Below the pieces are notes generated by a model, which had not been told where the DNA came from, ran no database searches, and saw nothing but the letters and a program-made list of their open reading frames with translations. Shown here in pieces: positions 1-10,762 of a stretch of DNA of 64,000 bases; the stretch's first letter is position 1, and every line of letters starts with the position of its first letter. The DNA is from the human T2T-CHM13v2.0 reference genome, Homo sapiens, in NCBI RefSeq assembly GCF_009914755.1, contig NC_060930.1. The stretch is one strand, 5' to 3'. A program made the position numbers and the translations under genes.

Positions 1-400
1 CTCATGGAATTTTTGAGCTGGAAGGGATCTAAGAGGTCACCTATCCAAGGGTTGATAAACTATGGATCTTGGGCCAAATCTGGCTGCTACCTGTTTTCGT
101 AAATAAAGTTTTCTTGGAACATAGCACATTTCTTTGTTTACATAATATCTTTGCGTGCTTGCTTTTAAGCTATAATGGCAGAGTTGTTTAGTTGAATAAA
201 GACTATATGGCCCTCAAAGCCCAAAATATTTATTATCTGGCTCTTGACAGATAAGCTTGCTGACTCCCGATCTAGTTTATCCTCTTCATTTGAGAGATGA
301 GGAGATTGGTCACCACCCATGGTCACACAGCTGTTACAGGCAGAATGTAGATTGAATCAGAATTCTAGATTTATAAACTAGTGTTTCATCACTGCACTAT
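1..400 (-). mobile_element. MIR SINE remnant split by a MER58A insertion
   Basis: GAGCTGGAAGGGATCTAAGAGGTCACCTA at 15-45 continues after 270 as CCTCTTCATTTGAGAGATGAGGAGA...GGTCACACAGCT, matching my recollection of MIR. Confidence 0.6.
46..269. mobile_element. MER58A (hAT-Charlie non-autonomous DNA transposon)
   Basis: CAAGGGTTGATAAACTATGG...GTAAATAAAGTTTTCTTGGAAC...AAAATATTTATTATCTGGC...TTGCTGACTCCCG, degenerate terminal inverted repeats. Confidence 0.8.
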
Positions 401-2588
401 ATGATTAAAATCCTCTCCCTGATCCGACATGAAAGTCTGCATCCTAGGATGAGGCTTATCCTGGTAGGATGGAGCTCCTAAAGTTGAGATGGTCAGGGAC
501 CCCACAGCCAGATGGGAAACCAGCTCAGACTCACCGGGTGCAACCTGTCAAAGCCTTTATTCCTATCATAGATAAGACCCTGACAATAATAGTGTACTTT
601 AGCCCTTGAGCAATAAAGAAAGGAAAAAATATCAGCAATAAGCTCCTTCTCTTTTTTGTCTATAGCTCTCTCCTCCACATGCAGTAACAACATGATGGTA
701 GATAATGTTTAGTAAAAGTACTAGAAAAATTTAAATTTGTTAATTTCAACTTGGAAATATTCTGTTACTGTTTGCTTGAAAGTTAAAAATCCCAAAGGAC
801 CTTGAATTATTATTTACTGTCCTTGTTGCCATTATTCACAGCTTCTTAGGCATACAAACATTCAATTAAATTTTCAAGCCATGCTATTTGGATGGATGCA
901 GGGAGAATTTCTGTTGAAAAAGAGATGACCTCAAATCTTTGTTTTTCAATATTGAGGTCTAGGCTTTCTTCTATTTGAAAAGGCATAAGCAATTATTAAA
1001 AAACATGTTTATATTATTTTACATTTTTTCTTTCTCATACTCTTTATCTCCTACTTTCTCACTATCTCTAACACAACTCTGGAGTCTGCAGATGGAAAGA
1101 ATGTGAGCTTTAAGCTTGTCCTTGTCCTCTTGTTTACTGCTGCATTGTTTCTGGGTGTGAAGTGCCAATTACTATAAAAAAGCTTTTACTTAACTAGATA
1201 TTTCTACAAATGAGGACTTTTCAGTAAGAGCAATAAGGAAATTAATTTGGTTTTTTATCAACCCAAACTTGTCATTCGTCTTTTACTACATTGTAGGGTA
1301 ATTTTCTTTTTAAAAAGTTCACTTCAAGTGCTCTCTGCTTTGACTTTCTTTGCAAAGCTATGACTTCAGCAGGACTACTTTAGAACCAAAATATCAGATT
1401 TAATTTTTTTGTTTTTATTTATTTAAGTATTTAAGACAATGGTTGTGCTTTCTCTCCATGAGTACTTTCTTTTGGCTCTGACCCAGCATCTCTCTGTCTT
1501 TTCCCCTAGATAACCCATGGACAAGTGTCTTAGTAGCATGGAGGTAGTTGCAGAGGGGATACCTGCATCATTTCACAGAACTCCCAATACATGACTCTGC
1601 CATTCTCTGAACCATTTCCTTCTTCTTGAGGAAGAGACAATGTGAAAAGAGACGATCTGGGTTGCTTGCCTTGTTTTTATTTCCTGTACTGGGGAACTAG
1701 CAGCTCTATATTATGTAAGACTTTTCATTATGCCATAGTTCCAAAATCAGGCTAGATACTTGCATTAAAAGTAGAGAGTGGAGGAATGGGTAATATTAAG
1801 TTGAGCATGAAATCTAGTGTCTTATCTTTTCCTTTTTTTGACATAAGTCCCCTAGAGCCAACAATCTGAACATTTAATTCCCTATTGACTATGTAATGGG
1901 AAAAGCTCAGGTTTTTCCCACCTATTCCTAAACAAGGCCACAGTCACAGTAATAACCAAATCTCAGTCCCTTAAGGTTCTACTTCCTTGACCAAAGACAA
2001 TTTTGTTGCTTTTTTCACCCATAGTTTCCCCCTGTTGATTTCTGAGACTCCTCAGGGGGCTCATATGTCTCCACAATTTAGTTCTGGTTACTGCCCAGTG
2101 CTGCTACATGCAGAGGTAGGATGTCATGATATCTCTCCTGCAGAACACACAAGTGTTCTTAGCCCTATGGCTCTACCTCATTCAGAGATTTTTTTCTCCT
2201 AGCCCTGTTTCTGCTAGTGCCTCAAATAAGTGCTGAAGTCCAGTATCTAAAGAACTCAGTGCCACTTGGCCACTCAGCTGTGGAACCAGAGTTCTGTAAA
2301 TTGACATATGCAAGTGGAAAAGGACAATGTTCCTTTCATGCCATGTACCCACACCAGTTGTACATGGGCATATGCAATGTTATAGCTCTCCTACCTGCCT
2401 TGATCTAGCAATTTGCTTCTGGGCAGGAAGCTCTAATTAAGATATTACTGTCTTCAAGGAGGATCTCAGGCAATTTGTCCATATATTCATGATGATCATG
2501 ATATTATAAGGTGAGAGAATATTTTTTTCTGAGCGATGTTTGGTCAGAGCCCGTAAGTGTCAAAGTTAATAACTGTTAATAGTGCAGC

Positions 2589-2620
2589 TTTTCCAATTCA
2601 TAAATTTTCCAATTCATAAA
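2589..2620. repeat. Exact 16 bp tandem duplication (TTTTCCAATTCATAAA)x2
   Basis: Two adjacent identical copies read directly. Confidence 0.9.
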
Positions 2621-3104
2621 TTCCCGTTTCCTCACTCTGATCTTCCCATCCAGGGGAGATAACAATTTATCTGTCGAATTATTCTCATATATCCAGAATG
2701 GTTAGACAGAAACAAGTACAAGTATTAATGCTTTAGAGACATATCCAGTGAAGTCAGGATAGGCTGGGCATAAAGACAGGGCTAGGACCTTTGACTTTGA
2801 GAGAAGCAAATGCTTAAAGAGATTCTGTCTCTGCTTTCCTTCTCTCCATATGTCAAGATCCTGTATTCCTATTGATTACTTTTATGCCTTTTCATCACAA
2901 GTTTAGAAAGAGTTGCATCAACATGTTATCTTAAAAAATGTCATCACTTTTGGAGAATATGCTTAGAGGGCAACTGTTGCCCTTTCTTACCACAGACCAC
3001 AGTTATATTTGGATGACTTTGCTGTATTTAGAACAAACTCCCCTCTATTTCTCAAGTTTGGTGCTGAGTCTGACTTTTAGAACAAATTCCTAACTCCTGT
3101 ATGG

Positions 3105-3550
3105 CTAAAAGTTCTTACTTTTTTTAATAGCTATGAACCTCTTTGGAAGTCTGAAGTCTGGAGCCTGTGGACCTTTCTCAGGATATGTTTAAATAGTGTC
3201 AAATACACAGAATTATAAAGAAGGCTAATTAAAGGACAGTTAACAAAACTTTTTTTTTAAAAAATAGCTTCTTTATTTACACATTTTATAACAAGATCCA
3301 GTGATAGGTCTAGTAACCAATTTTGAAGTAGTGATAAAATGATATTTTGAATTAATTGCAATAACTGTAACATTAGATGAAAATATCTGTGTTTTCCATT
3401 GGTGATAAAGTTACAAATATTGCTAACACTGTTCTGGTTTGAAATAGAGGAAATATTATAGAGTAGTTAAAGATTAGTAAAAACAAACATGCATTTTTTT
3501 TTCTATGCAAGTTCATGGACTCCCTGAATTTGGAGTTTGTAGATCCTTAG
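3105..3550. mobile_element. MER119-like hAT-Charlie DNA transposon remnant
   Basis: AGTTCTTACTTTTTT...CTATGAACCTCTTTGGAAGTCTG...GATGAAAATATCTGTG...AAGTTCATGGACTCCCTG resembles recalled MER119. Confidence 0.6.
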
Positions 3551-5144
3551 CTAATATGGTAAGCTCTGAGTAGGGTCCTCGTAGTTCTTCCTGTTTTCTA
3601 GTCTTGGTCAAGATGGCTGTAATCCATTCTGCGATATCTTTGTCTCTTGAAGGGAATCAGAATTTCCTCTGGTTCGATAACAATTTTTGGCCCCTTAGGA
3701 AATTATAAGAAAAGAAATGCTGCTCAATTACACTGCTGAGAAGAATCCAATGCTCAAGGACAAATGGGGCTTCGGGCAGTAGGGAGGAGGGTTCCCATCT
3801 ACTCTCTTCTGCAGCATTTCAACCCAGCTCCCTCTTAGGACTTTTAGGCATTTTGGTGCTTACCTCAGGTTTATGGAGTAGACAAAGATTGTTCCATTCT
3901 TCCATACACAAACCTTGTATCCCATATAAACTGGCTTTCTTAATGTTTTCTTACCTCTCCTTGTGCCTTCCCACCTCTGTGCTTGGTGTGTGCTGTCCTT
4001 TCTCCTGAGGTGCCCCACTTTCTATCACTCTGTCAAAAGACTTTGGATCTGGTGAGACCATGGATTATTTGTTTTATTTATTTTCTTCATTAAAATCCCC
4101 CCTTAATGCCTGTGGAATAGCTAAGATTTGTGTTGTATGCACTACTCTTATAGAAAAATATGCAGTGTTTATTTTGAAACATTGTGCCAACATTTTTGGT
4201 CCCATTCAAATCCAACTACCTCCTTGGGGCCTTCCCTGATATTCTCAGTTTCACTGGGACTCTCAACATGAATTCACATTACCTCCCCTGTGCTTCTCAC
4301 ATTCTGTCTACATTAGCGAATTAATTGCTTATTGAACAAATTCCTCATCTTGTCTTTCCTTCCAGATTAAGTCCTTTGAAAATAGTGCCCATGTGTTTAT
4401 TAATGGCCATATTCTCCCAGCACCCAGCCCAATATCTTGCACATAATATCCTATTTTATCATATTCTAATTAGCTAATTATTTAAGATGCCACATGGTAA
4501 GCACTTAAGAAAAAAACACTTGGGGCCATATTTTGAATGTAAGCAATGATAAGTAACATTTCATTTAAATTAATGTAAAGTTGTTTTGAAAACGCTACTT
4601 ACTATTCACCGCAATAAGAGCTGTTAAGAGGGCAGTATTTCTACTCATCTTTCTGCATCAGGCCCCAGCCCAGCCCTGGCCTGGCTCCATTTAGCCAAAG
4701 AAGGATTTTTTTTTGGTTGTTAATCAGGTTGGTCAAGCCATTTATTGGGCTTCCTGAGGAAGGCATTTCCTTTAATTCCTAGTCTTCTATTATATTTTGC
4801 ATATTATTTCCCCAGTTCTGATTATCTCAGGGAGGAACTGATTGTTTCTGAGTCTCTATCTATAAGTGATATATGCCATCAGAATTTTGCCAAAATTGTA
4901 CCTATCTTGTAAACATCACAGAGGAGAGCTACAATGGAAAGTTGACTTCATTCTTTTTATTACATAGGTAGCTATGTTTTCTGTACTTATTTAGAATTTT
5001 AGAACATTATGATACATTATCCAATTTCATAGTATTGATGGTAGGAAGTACTGTTCGCTGGCTCCAGACCCTCATGGCAGGTTTGTGCCAGATTTTGAGA
5101 CTTGTGTAGTGAAAGGAGATCCAAATGACATAAACTTCTTGCAG

Positions 5145-5148
<4 letters not shown>

Positions 5149-5188
<40 letters not shown>
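5149..5188. repeat. Pure poly(T)40 tract
   Basis: 40 consecutive T with no attached Alu or L1 body. Confidence 0.95.
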
Positions 5189-5193
<5 letters not shown>

Positions 5194-5215
5194 GTTCAGG
5201 AGTGCAAGAAAGCAG

Positions 5216-5330
5216 ATTGGGCTCAGCGGGGCGGTTTTGCTCTACTTTGAAGTGATGAGAAGAAACCCTGAGTGGAGCTGCAAGTTTTGCACCCAGCTCT
5301 GCCAGCTCTGCAGCTGGCAGCCATGGTATC
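5216..5330 (+). promoter_or_regulatory. Candidate promoter/enhancer motif cluster
   Basis: ATTGG (inverted CCAAT) at 5216-5220, GGGGCGG GC box at ~5228-5235, E-box CAGCTG at 5311-5316, 9 bp inverted repeat 5299-5320, GCAGCCATGG Kozak-like ATG at 5323; motif inspection only. Confidence 0.25.
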
Positions 5331-5574
5331 AGTGTGGCCTTTCCAGCTACCTCTGGTCTTGATATGCACTTCCCTTGTATGCAATAAACTCTATGTTATT
5401 TCTCAGCTTATATTTCCTTCGGTTGGAGCTGTGATCTGGTTCTGCAACATATCCAATTGTGATATAAACAATGTGGATAAAAATCTATTAATGTCACAGA
5501 AAAATGCAAGTATAGAGTGCCTATGGCATGGTTTTGTAATATTTCCAATGTTTACAACTTAAACTTTTTATACT

Positions 5575-5761
5575 CTTCCTGCCTTAATTTGTTGTTGTCA
5601 TGTTTTGTTTTGTTTTAGACTTTTCACAGCCTGAAGCCACAGTTTTTAGTTTTTATCTCTACTGATAAGTGGAAAAGAGGGATGAGGAAGGGGCTTTACT
5701 GGCCCAACCAGAAACAGAAACTAAGATCCCATGACTGTATTCTCTCCCTTGTACAGTCCTG
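5575..5761 (-). mobile_element. MER107-like short DNA transposon
   Basis: AAGAGGGATGAGGAAGGGGCTTTACTGGCCCAACCAGAAACAGAAACTAAGA...CCATGACTGTATTCTCTCCCTTG is a recognisable primate MER; family name from memory. Confidence 0.6.
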
Positions 5762-8700
5762 CAGTCTAAACCATGTTTTAGGTTCCCTGCCTCTTTGTAA
5801 CATTGTTCTTTCAACAGGAAGCAATAGTTATGGAAATTGGGGACTACATTAACCAACCAGCACTTTCTATTTTTTGTTGTTGTTATTACTCTATTTTATT
5901 CTTTTTTTATTATTATTATACTTTAAGTTCTGGGATACATGTTCAGAATGTGCAGGTTTGTTACATAGGTATACATGTGCCATGGTGGTTGGCTGCACCT
6001 ATCAACCCATCACCTACATTAGGTATTTCTCCTAATGCTATCCCTCCCCTTGTCCCCCACTGGGCCCTGACAGGCCCCAGTGTGTAATGTTCCCCTCCCT
6101 GTGTCCATGTGTTCTCATTGTTCAACTCCCACGTATGCGCGAGAACATGCAGTGTTTGGTTTTCTCTTCTTGTGTTAGTTTGCTGAGAATGCTGGTTTCC
6201 AGCTCCATCCATGTCCCTGCAAAGGACATGAACTCATTCCTTTTTATGGCTGCCTAGTATTCCATGGTGTATATATGCCACATTTTCTTTATCCAGTTTA
6301 ACATTGATGGGCATTTGGGTTGGTTCCACATCTTTGCTATTGTGAATGGTGCCACAATAAACATACGGGTGCATGTGTATTTATCGTAGAATGATTTATA
6401 ATCCATTGGGTATATACCCAGTAATGAGATTGCTGGGTCAAATGGTATTTCTAGTTCTAGATCCTTGAGGAATCACCACACTGTCTTCCACAATGGTTGA
6501 ACTAATTTACACTCCCACCAACAGTGTAAAAGCATTCCTATTTCTCCACATCCTCCCCCAGCACCTGTTGTTTCCTGACTTTTCAATGATCATCATTCTA
6601 ACTGGTGTGAGATGATATCTCATTGTGGTTTTGATTTGCCTTTCTCTAATGACCAGTGATGATGAGCTTTTTTTCATATGCTTGTTGGCCACATAAATGT
6701 CTTCTTTTGAAAATGGTCTGTTCATATCCTTCACCCACTTTTTGATGGGATTATTTGTTTTTATCTTGTAAATTTGTTTAAGTTCCTTGTAGATTCTGGA
6801 TATTAGCCCTTTGTCAGATGGATAGATTGCAAAAATTTTCTATGACTCTGTAGGTTGCCTGTTTACTTTGATGATAGTTTCTCTTGCTGCATAGAAGCTC
6901 TTTGGTTTAAGTAGATCCCATTTGTCAATTTTGGCTTTTGTTGCCATTGCTTTTGGTGTTTTAGTCATGAAGTCTTTGCCCATGCCTATGTCCTGAATGG
7001 TATTGCCTAGGTTTTCTTCTAGGGTTTTTATGGTTTTAGGTCTTACATTTAAATCTTTAATCCTTCTTGAGTTGATTTTTGTATAAGATGTAAGGAAGGG
7101 ATCCAGTTTCACTTTTCTGCATATGGCTAGCCAGTTTTTTCAATACCATTTATTAAATAGGGAATCCTTTCCCCATTGCTTGTTTTTGTCATGTTTGTCA
7201 AAGATCAGATGGTTGTAGATGTGTGACATTATTTCTGAGGCCTCTGTTCTGTTCCATTGGTCTATATATCTGTTTTGGTACCAGATACCATGCTGTTTTG
7301 ATTACTGTAGCATTGTAGTATATTTGAAGTCAGGTAGTGTGATGCCTTCAGCTTTGTTCTTTTTGCTTAGGATTGTCTTGGCTATACAGGCCCCTTTGGT
7401 TTCCATATGAAATTTAAAGTATTTTTTTCTAATCCTCTGAAGAAAGTCAATGGTAGCTTGATGGGAATAGCATTGAAGCTATAAATTACTTTGGGCAGTA
7501 TGACCATTTTCACAATATTGATTCTGAGCATGGAATGTTTTTTCCATTTGTTTGTGTCCTCTCTTATTTCTTGATCAGTGGTTTGTAGTTCTACTTGAAG
7601 AGGTCCTTTGCATCTCTTGTAAGTTGGATTCCTAGGTATTTTATTCTCTTTGTAGCACTTGTGAATGGTAGTTTGCTCATGATTTGGCTGTTTGTCTATT
7701 ATTGATGTATAGGAATGCTTGTGATTTTTGGACATTGATTTTGTATCCTGAGACTTTGCTGCAGTTGCTTATCAGCTTATGGGGTTTTTGGGCAGAGACA
7801 ATGGAGTTTTCTAAATACACAGTCATGTCATCTGCAAATAGAGATAATTTGACTTCCTCTCTTCCTATTTGAATATGCTTTATTTCTTTATCTTGCCTGA
7901 TTGCCCTGGCCAAAACTTCCAATACTATATAGGAATGGTGAGAGAGGGCATCCTTGTCTTGTGCCAGTTTTCAAAGGAAATGCTTCCAGCTTTTGCCCAT
8001 TCAGGATGATATTGACTGTGGGTTTGTCATAAGTAGCTCTTATTATTTTGAGATATATTCCATCAATACCTAGTTTATTGAGTGTTTTTAGCATGAAGGG
8101 GTGTTGAATTTTATTGAAGGCCTTTTCTTCATCTATTGAGAAAATCATATAGTTTTTGTCATTGGTTCTGTTTAGGTGAAGGATTACATTTATTGTTTTT
8201 CATATTTTGAACCAGCCTTGCATCCCAGGGATGAAGCCAACTTGATCATGGTGAATAAGCTTTTTAATGTACTGCTGGATTCAGTTTGCCAGTATTTTAT
8301 TGAGGATTTTCACATCAACTTTCATTAAAGATATTGGCCTGAAATTTTCTTTTTTTTGTTGTGTCTTTGCCAGGTTTTTGTATCAGGATGATGCTGGCTT
8401 CTTAAAATGAGTTAGGGAGGAGTCCCTATTTTTCTGTTGTTTGGAATAGTTTAAGAAGGAATTGTCCCAGCTCCTCTTTGTACATCTGGTAGAATTTAGC
8501 TGTGAATCCATCCAGTCCTGGGCTTTTTTTGGTTGGTAGGCTATTAATTACTGCCTCAATTTCAGAACTTGTTATTGGTCTATTTAGGGATTTGACTTCT
8601 TCCTGGTATAGTCTTAGGAAGGTGTATGTGTCCAGGAATTTAACCATTTTTTCTACATTTTCTAGTTTATTTGTGTAGAGGTGTTTATAGCATTCTCTTA

Positions 8701-8915
8701 TGGTAGTTTGTATTACTGTGGGATCAGTGGTGATCTCCCCTTTATCATTTTTTTATTGTGTCTATTTGATTCTCTCTTTTCTTCTATATTTGTCTGGCTA
8801 CTGGTATATTTTGTTAATCTTTTCAAAAAGCCAGCTCGTAGATTCACTGATGTTTTGAAAGATTTTTCGTGTCTCTATCTCCTTCAGTTCTGCTCTGATC
8901 ATAGTTACTTCTTGT

Positions 8916-9941
8916 TGTAGGGAAAAGAAAGAGAGATCAGACTGTTACTGTGTCTATGTAGAAAGGGAAGACATAAGAGACTCCATTTTGAAAAAGACCT
9001 GTACTTTAAACAATTGCTTTGCTGAGTTGTTAATTTGTAATTTTGCCCCAATCACTTTCCCCAGCCACTTTGACCCAACCTAAAGCTCACAAAAACATGT
9101 GTTGTATAAAATCAAGGTTTAAGGGATCTAGGGCTGTGCAGGATGTGCCTTGTTAACAAAATGTTTACAAGCAGTATACTTGGTAAAAATCATCACCATT
9201 CTCTAGTCTCAATAAACCAGGGGCACAATGCACTGCAGAAAGCCACAGGGGCCTCTGCCCTTGACAATGGGGTATTGTCCAAGGTTTCTCCCCATGTAAT
9301 AGTCTGAAATATGGCCTCATGGGATGAGAAAGACCTGACTGTCCCCCAGCCCAACACCCATAAAGGGTCTGTGCTGAGGTGGATTAGTAAAAGAGGAAAG
9401 CCTCTTGCAGTTGAGATAGAGGAAGGCCACTGTCTCCTGCCTGCCCCTGGGAACTGAATGTCTCAGTATAAAACCCGACTGTACATTTGTTGAATTCTGA
9501 GATGAGAGAAAAATCGCCCTATTGTGGGAGGCAAGACATGTTTGCAGCAATGCTGCCTTGTTATTCTTTTCTCCACTGAGATGTTTGGGTGGAGAGAAAC
9601 ATAAATCTGGCTTACATGCACGTCCAGTCATAGTATCTTCCCTTGAACTTAATTATGACATAGATTCTATTGCTCACATGTTTGTTGCTGACCTTCTCCT
9701 TATTATCATCCTGCCCTCCTGCTACGTTCCTTTTTACTAAAATAATGAAGATAATAATCAATAAAAACTGAAGGAACTCAGAGACCGGTGCCAGTGCAGG
9801 TCCTTGGTATGCTGAGCGCCGGTCCCCTGGGCCCACTGTTGTTTCTCTATACTTTGTCTCTGTGTCTTATTTCTTTTCTCAGTCTCTCATCCCACCTGAC
9901 TAGAAATACCCACAGGTGTGGAGGGGCAGACCACCCCTTCA
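8916..9941 (+). promoter_or_regulatory. 5' LTR (LTR5A-like, 1026 bp)
   Basis: TGTAGGGAAAAGAAAGAGAGATCAGA...CCACCCCTTCA; TATAAAA 9467-9473; AATAAA 9760-9765. Confidence 0.93.
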
Positions 9942-9943
9942 TC

Positions 9944-9961
9944 TGGCACCCAACATGGGGC
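9944..9961 (+). other. Primer binding site for tRNA-Lys
   Basis: TGGCACCCAACATGGGGC vs TGGCGCCCAACGTGGGGC (two changes, both at CpG), 2 nt after the LTR. Confidence 0.9.
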
Positions 9962-10044
9962 CTTTCTCTAAGGTGAAGGTACGCTAAGAATATGAGCAAT
10001 GAGGACAGCTGACGAGAGAACCCTGAGTATGTGCACGGTCAGCC

Positions 10045-10056
10045 TTGCGGTAAGCT
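10045..10056 (+). other. HML-2 major splice donor
   Basis: TTGCG|GTAAGC in the leader, GT at 10050-10051. Confidence 0.75.
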
Positions 10057-10084
10057 TGTGCACTCGGAGGAATGCAGAGTAAAA

Positions 10085-10640
10085 GTGGGGCAAACTAAAA
10101 GTAAATATGCCTCATCTCAGCTTCATTAAAATTTTCTTAAGAAGATGGGGAGTTAAAGCTTCTACAGAAAATCTAATTATACTATTTCAAACAATAGAAC
10201 AATTCTGCCCATGGTTTCCAGAACACAGAACTTTAGATTTAAAAGATTGGGAAAAAAATGGCAAAGAATTAAAACAAGCAACTAGGGAAGGTAAAATCAT
10301 CCCACTTACCTTCTATGGTATGGTATGGAATGATTGGGCCATTATTAAAGCAACTTTAGAACAATTTCAAATAGAAGAAGATAGTGTTTCAGTGTCTGAT
10401 GCCCCTAAAAACTGTGTAATAGATTGTGAAGAAGAGGCAGGAACAAGAGTTCAAGAAAGGAATGAAAATATCACATTGTAAATATGTAGCAGAGCTGGTA
10501 ATGGCTCGGTCAACACAAAATGTTTACTACAATCAATTACAGGAGGTAATATATCCTAAAACATTAAAACTAAAAGGAAAATGTCCAAAACCATCAGGGC
10601 CATTGGGGCTAAAACCACAATGGCCACCTCCTCCTCAGCC
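10085..10640 (+). pseudogene. gag: gag remnant (matrix and start of p15 only)
   Basis: GTG-GGG-CAA-ACT-AAA-AGT-AAA (MGQTKSK with ATG>GTG), EQFCPWFPE..TLDLKDW, VWNDWAIIKA, STQNVYYNQLQEVIYP; frameshifted. Confidence 0.9.
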
Positions 10641-10762
10641 AAGTGATTGCTGGGGGAGGGAGCCTGAAACTAGGCTCGCTGTGACTTGGCTCGCAGCACT
10701 CATTATTGCCCAACCTACAGCTCACTACAATGAAGGAGCAATTCAGACTCACCCTGCAGTGT

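Noticed and set aside
9317-9976. ORFs duplicated at 9522/14489, 9612/14579 and 9788/14752
   Set aside because: They recur only because they lie in the two LTRs; not a gene duplication
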